Assembly: GCA_038893995.1 (NCBI GenBank)
Contig: JAWAQK010000065.1
Location: forward strand, 1 to 11,836
Length of the DNA: 11,836 bases
Source: Candidatus Thorarchaeota archaeon
GTDB lineage: Archaea > Asgardarchaeota > Thorarchaeia > Thorarchaeales > Thorarchaeaceae
Direction: 5' to 3'
The notes under the pieces are model-generated. The model had not been told where the DNA came from. It was given only the letters and a program-made list of their open reading frames with translations, and did no database searches. Shown in pieces: positions 8,302-11,836 of this stretch (position 1 is its first letter; each line of letters begins with the position of its first letter). A program made the translations under genes and the position numbers.

Positions 8302-8634
8302 ATGAAGCGCACTACAATAATGCGTGAGGCACTGCGTTCAGCGTTCAAGAGACCAATCACCATTCGTTGGGCGAAACGGGCCTCAGCGCGGACTGTTCTC
8401 GAGTCCAGAGGGACAATACTCTATAGACCGGAGGAATGTATAGGGTGTCTCCTGTGTGCAAGGATGTGCCCGTCAGGCGCAATAGCCGTCAAGGAGAACA
8501 AGAAGGTAAGGTTTAACTTGGGTAGATGTCTGTACTGTGGGCAGTGTGTCAGTATCTGTCCAACGAAGGCAATAGCGCAGTCGTCTGAACGCGCGAGAGC
8601 CACCGATGACCGGGAAACGCTCTATGTTGAATGA
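8302..8634 (+). CDS. 2x[4Fe-4S] ferredoxin-like subunit (NuoI/HycF/MbhN family)
   Basis: Two cluster motifs, CIGCLLCARMCP and CLYCGQCVSICP, preceded by FKRPIT...RG. AGGTGA at 8289-8294 favours ATG 8302 over GTG 8296. Confidence 0.92.
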   Translation: MKRTTIMREALRSAFKRPITIRWAKRASARTVLESRGTILYRPEECIGCLLCARMCPSGAIAVKENKKVRFNLGRCLYCGQCVSICPTKAIAQSSERARATDDRETLYVE

Positions 8635-8664
8635 TTTGGAAAACCAGATTTGTGAGGTCTGTAA

Positions 8665-9135
8665 TTGCGTCAGGAAACTGTACGACTAACACTTGAACAT
8701 ATGAAGGTGCATTCTATCGAATACTCTTCGCTGGAGGACTTGTTGATCTACAAGCACGACTTTGCCCTGGTTGAAGAAGCAACCCATACACTATCACGCG
8801 GACAGCCGGGACCTGGGGACGCGGTCGACCAAAAGACTGCGAGTGCAATTGTGTCTGACGAGATTATCAAGTACTCGTCGCATAAGAAACTCTCAGGGAT
8901 GTACATGGATGCCAAGATCACGGTTGACATCATGGGTGAGGTCATAGCCAGACACACCGTCCTGAAGATAGCACCGGACGAGAACCAGTCCACCTACACA
9001 GTAGAGTATCAGACGGTCAATTTCATGAGCGACAGTGGATATGCCATTCAGAAGCTCATTGAAGAGCTTGAAATGACCTGCGGCCTCTCTGCAGAGAAGC
9101 AAGAATGGGGTTTCCATAGATTGCAGACTGCATGA
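8665..9135 (+). CDS. Hypothetical soluble protein, 156 aa, last gene of the hydrogenase catalytic operon
   Basis: Fills the gap between flanking genes and starts 30 nt after the Fe-S gene. GAGGT at 8654-8658 lies 6 nt before the TTG, the same spacing as neighbouring genes (alternative ATG at 8701). Globular composition, no recognised motif. Confidence 0.75.
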   Translation: MRQETVRLTLEHMKVHSIEYSSLEDLLIYKHDFALVEEATHTLSRGQPGPGDAVDQKTASAIVSDEIIKYSSHKKLSGMYMDAKITVDIMGEVIARHTVLKIAPDENQSTYTVEYQTVNFMSDSGYAIQKLIEELEMTCGLSAEKQEWGFHRLQTA

Positions 9136-9184
9136 ACGCTGGCCGAATGTCGATTATTGACTCTGCGCTCCGGAAGCCTTCAGC

Positions 9185-10639
9185 TCAGGAGATCACGCCG
9201 AACAAGAGATGGGGCATCAGTCCCAGTGCTAACGCTAGACCCGCGGCAAGCGCAGTCGAGAGTCTTGCAGCACGATTCGTTTCGACAATGTTCTCAAGTC
9301 CTGGTGCGAGAGAGCCCCGAAACAGAGAATGGTAGGACCTCACCAGAATTACAAACGACGTGAACGCAGCAGCCAGTTGAACCAGCATCACTCCTAGCGC
9401 AGGGAAGAGCCCCAGACTCACCCGGAATGTGTTGAACACCGTGCCGACTACAAGGTATTTTGTCCAGAAGCCGACAAGTGGTGCCATGCCGGCGAGGGAC
9501 AGGGCGGACAGGGCGTAAGATGCCGAAGTCAGGGGCATCCGTCGTCCCAGACCACCGAGCCTAGTCATGTCTGCTGTGCCGGTCGCAAAGATCACAGACC
9601 CAAGACACATTAGGATGCCCAGTTTTCCGATTGCAACTGCCATCAGGTGGACTTGAGCAACCACATAGCTCAGTGAGCTGAAGAGGCCTAAGACCAGTGT
9701 CACATAGCCGAACTCTTCGACCGTTGTATAAGCGATCATTCTGAAGGAGTCAGACTGGGAATAAGCAAGTGTCACACCAAATAGTAGCGTGGCTAATCCG
9801 ATCACGACCATTACCGAGGACAACGATGTATTCCCCGAGATGAGGAACAATGGATGGACTAGCTTGTAGAGAGCCATGAAGAGTGATATTGGTTCCGCAG
9901 CAAATAGGCAGTTCACCACAGGAGTCGATGCGGGGAAAGAGTCTGGCAACCAACCATGGAACGGCACAAGTCCGATGTCTGCGCCTAGTCCCACAATGAA
10001 ACAGAGTGCTATGAACAGCAAAAGAACAGTGTTCTCACGTAATGGGCCGGGTTCGGCAACATATTCCTCGATAATGGTGGTCCCGGTGGTGACGTAGATG
10101 AGCATTGTACCGAGAATCACAAAGAGCGCGCTCACAGCCGTTATCACCAGGTACTTGAATGATGCCTCTACACCCCTCTGCCCCCTGGCGTGAAGCACCA
10201 GAACTACTGACACGGCGATCACCAGCTCCACAAACAGAATGGTGATGATGAGGTCATTGACAAGCATCAGACTCAACATACACACGAGGAACATCAATGC
10301 AAAGAAGTTGTAGACATGCGGCGATAGCCTTCCACCTCGCTCCATAGTGAAGCTGTACACGGAGGTCAGGAAGAAACAGACTGATGTCGCAAGCACGGGA
10401 ATCAGGATATCTCGGTCAAGTCGCATAGAACCCAACGGAAATGTGTACACGGTGCCCCCGAGGATCGTGGGAGTGAGCAATGCCAGCACGGTCATGACAA
10501 CTCCGTTGGCCAATATCATGAGATGTTTCTCGAATCTCATGAGCATCGGTCTGAGTCGCGGATGAATGCCCATCACAATGTTCAGCAGTCCAGCTCCCGC
10601 TGGTACGCCCAATATGGTGGCAAACACGGCGAGGCTCAT
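9185..10639 (-). CDS. Antiporter-like ion-translocating subunit (HyfF/MrpD/NuoN/MbhH family)
   Basis: Contains LFVEL (TM5 Glu), EASFKYLV, GLVPFHGWLPD, RMIAYTTVEEFGY, LGGLGRRMP and LAGMAPLVGFWTK. Start at 10639 from the ATGA overlap with the upstream stop and GGAGG at 10655-10651. Confidence 0.92.
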   Translation of the reverse strand: MSLAVFATILGVPAGAGLLNIVMGIHPRLRPMLMRFEKHLMILANGVVMTVLALLTPTILGGTVYTFPLGSMRLDRDILIPVLATSVCFFLTSVYSFTMERGGRLSPHVYNFFALMFLVCMLSLMLVNDLIITILFVELVIAVSVVLVLHARGQRGVEASFKYLVITAVSALFVILGTMLIYVTTGTTIIEEYVAEPGPLRENTVLLLFIALCFIVGLGADIGLVPFHGWLPDSFPASTPVVNCLFAAEPISLFMALYKLVHPLFLISGNTSLSSVMVVIGLATLLFGVTLAYSQSDSFRMIAYTTVEEFGYVTLVLGLFSSLSYVVAQVHLMAVAIGKLGILMCLGSVIFATGTADMTRLGGLGRRMPLTSASYALSALSLAGMAPLVGFWTKYLVVGTVFNTFRVSLGLFPALGVMLVQLAAAFTSFVILVRSYHSLFRGSLAPGLENIVETNRAARLSTALAAGLALALGLMPHLLFGVIS

Positions 10640-11283
10640 CTTGTCATCTTCCTCCATTCGTCCACGCTCATTACGCCATACTCCAAGTACGAGTGGTAGA
10701 TGATGTATGTACCAACCACATTGACAAACACGATCAGTACCAGAAGTCCGGGCACCACTGCCATGGGCGTCTTCTCCAGATAGGGGAACAGGGCAGTCTC
10801 AGCCATGTTCAGACCAACCATGATCTTAAATGGGTCATCTCGTATTGCAATCATGAGTAGTGACACTGACACTCCCAGGATGACAGTACCCAAGACAGTC
10901 AGATCCATCATCAGGATGGGTTGAATGACGACCCAAGTAGCCAGATGAAGTACTATCAAGACGATAACGACCACAGTTGTATTGCGGTAACCGATTCTCG
11001 GTGTATCCACAACGTCAAGGGTCTTGCGTACTCCTAGGTAGAATACCCCGGGGGTAACAACTGCAGCAATCAGCAGTTCCAGGACCGAGACAAGGAACTT
11101 CAACAGATTGTCGTAGACTGGAAGTGCAAGATAGGCAGCCACGTTTTCCGCAAGAGGCACTACTGTCACAGCTACACTTCCAACTGAAAGAAGCAGTATG
11201 GCATGTACTGCTCTCCGAACGTAGCAGGCCACCACTACGATTGCGATGAGCAAGATCATGGCAATCAATAGAAACTGGTTCAA
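10636..11283 (-). CDS. HyfE-like small membrane subunit (NuoK-like C-terminal half)
   Basis: 215 aa with about 6-7 hydrophobic segments. RDDPFKIMVGLNMAETAL resembles the HyfE/NuoK 'K..G..(L/M).E' helix. Lies between two antiporter-like genes; GGGGTGA ribosome-binding site before the TTG. Confidence 0.65.
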   Translation of the reverse strand: MNQFLLIAMILLIAIVVVACYVRRAVHAILLLSVGSVAVTVVPLAENVAAYLALPVYDNLLKFLVSVLELLIAAVVTPGVFYLGVRKTLDVVDTPRIGYRNTTVVVIVLIVLHLATWVVIQPILMMDLTVLGTVILGVSVSLLMIAIRDDPFKIMVGLNMAETALFPYLEKTPMAVVPGLLVLIVFVNVVGTYIIYHSYLEYGVMSVDEWRKMTR

Positions 11284-11289
11284 ATGCGA

Positions 11290-11836
11290 TCACCCCGCCA
11301 GAAAGACTACTGCCACAAGTACTATTCCCAATAGAAAGGACAGAAAGGCTCGCACGAAGTCGAATTGAATGTCATACCTGAGCGCCCTGCGAAAGACCCC
11401 TTCTATGACACGCACAATCTTACGAAAGAGCCGGTCTACATCGGTGGCTCTTGATACCCTGGTCAGATTCACCAGCACCGTCTGGAGAGAATACAGCAAG
11501 TCAGAGTGAAGCAGTTCGTAGTCTGTCACATCCTCTCCACACACGAACGGCTTGAACGCCTCCTCGTAGGGCTCGTGGACGTATCTGCCTCTTCTCATCG
11601 AGAATATTATCGCGAAGAGTGCCACTGAGAGAAGCAGCACAGTCGAGAAAGTCACGAGGACGGGACTCCACAGGCCGCCAAGGAAGGGCACAACCAGGTA
11701 GGGCAACACATCCTCTACCGGTAGCCCCATCTGTTGTATGCTGGGAAGTACGATTGGCTCAAGGATCAGAAGCGGGTCAATCCCGATCACCACAATAAGC
11801 CCCGCCAACACTGCCATCGGCAAGAGCATCATCAGG
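11290..11836 (-). CDS. C-terminal part (5'-truncated by the window edge) of a HyfB/HycC/NuoL-like antiporter subunit with lateral helix
   Basis: Reading frame is open to the window edge. MLLPMAVLAGLIVVIGIDP is the typical last core helix, followed by a further TM segment, KPFVCGED, a basic amphipathic stretch and a terminal TM anchor. Confidence 0.75.
   Translation of the reverse strand, partial: LMMLLPMAVLAGLIVVIGIDPLLILEPIVLPSIQQMGLPVEDVLPYLVVPFLGGLWSPVLVTFSTVLLLSVALFAIIFSMRRGRYVHEPYEEAFKPFVCGEDVTDYELLHSDLLYSLQTVLVNLTRVSRATDVDRLFRKIVRVIEGVFRRALRYDIQFDFVRAFLSFLLGIVLVAVVFLAG

Noticed and set aside
5768-8634. Annotation as NADH dehydrogenase (complex I), Mbx/MBS or Ehr
   Set aside because: Both Ni-binding CxxC motifs are intact and the small subunit has CNGC rather than the NuoB CC motif.
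357-10565. Numerous antisense ORFs, such as 357-809, 3710-4180, 4978-5385 and 7825-8169
   Set aside because: They are shadows of the real genes on the opposite strand with no independent support.
1-11836. CRISPR arrays, tRNA/rRNA genes, IS elements, tandem repeats
   Set aside because: None were seen; the window is almost entirely protein-coding with no periodic repeats or transposase motifs.

Overview
Prokaryotic, probably archaeal DNA, judged from the GGAGG/GGTGA-type ribosome-binding sites, TATA-like boxes and hydrogenase type; the taxon cannot be fixed from the sequence. From left to right the window holds: (1) a threonine dehydratase with a C-terminal ACT domain (+); (2) three IT-superfamily (ArsB/NhaD/YbiR-like) ion transporters (-), two of them a translationally coupled, motif-divergent paralog pair; (3) a divergent intergenic region; (4) the catalytic operon of a group 4 energy-converting [NiFe]-hydrogenase (+): small subunit, large subunit, NuoH-like subunit, 2x[4Fe-4S] subunit and a 156-aa orphan; (5) a convergent membrane-arm operon (-): the truncated end of a HyfB/NuoL-like subunit, a HyfE-like subunit and a HyfF/MrpD-like subunit. 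The most interesting signal is that this hydrogenase looks catalytically intact but has non-canonical coupling residues: TM7 Lys->Asp in the antiporter-like subunit and EAE->VAK in the NuoH loop. It also has no NuoC-like gene in the window, no C-terminal maturation extension and a split gene layout. All family assignments come from motif recognition by eye; no searches were run.
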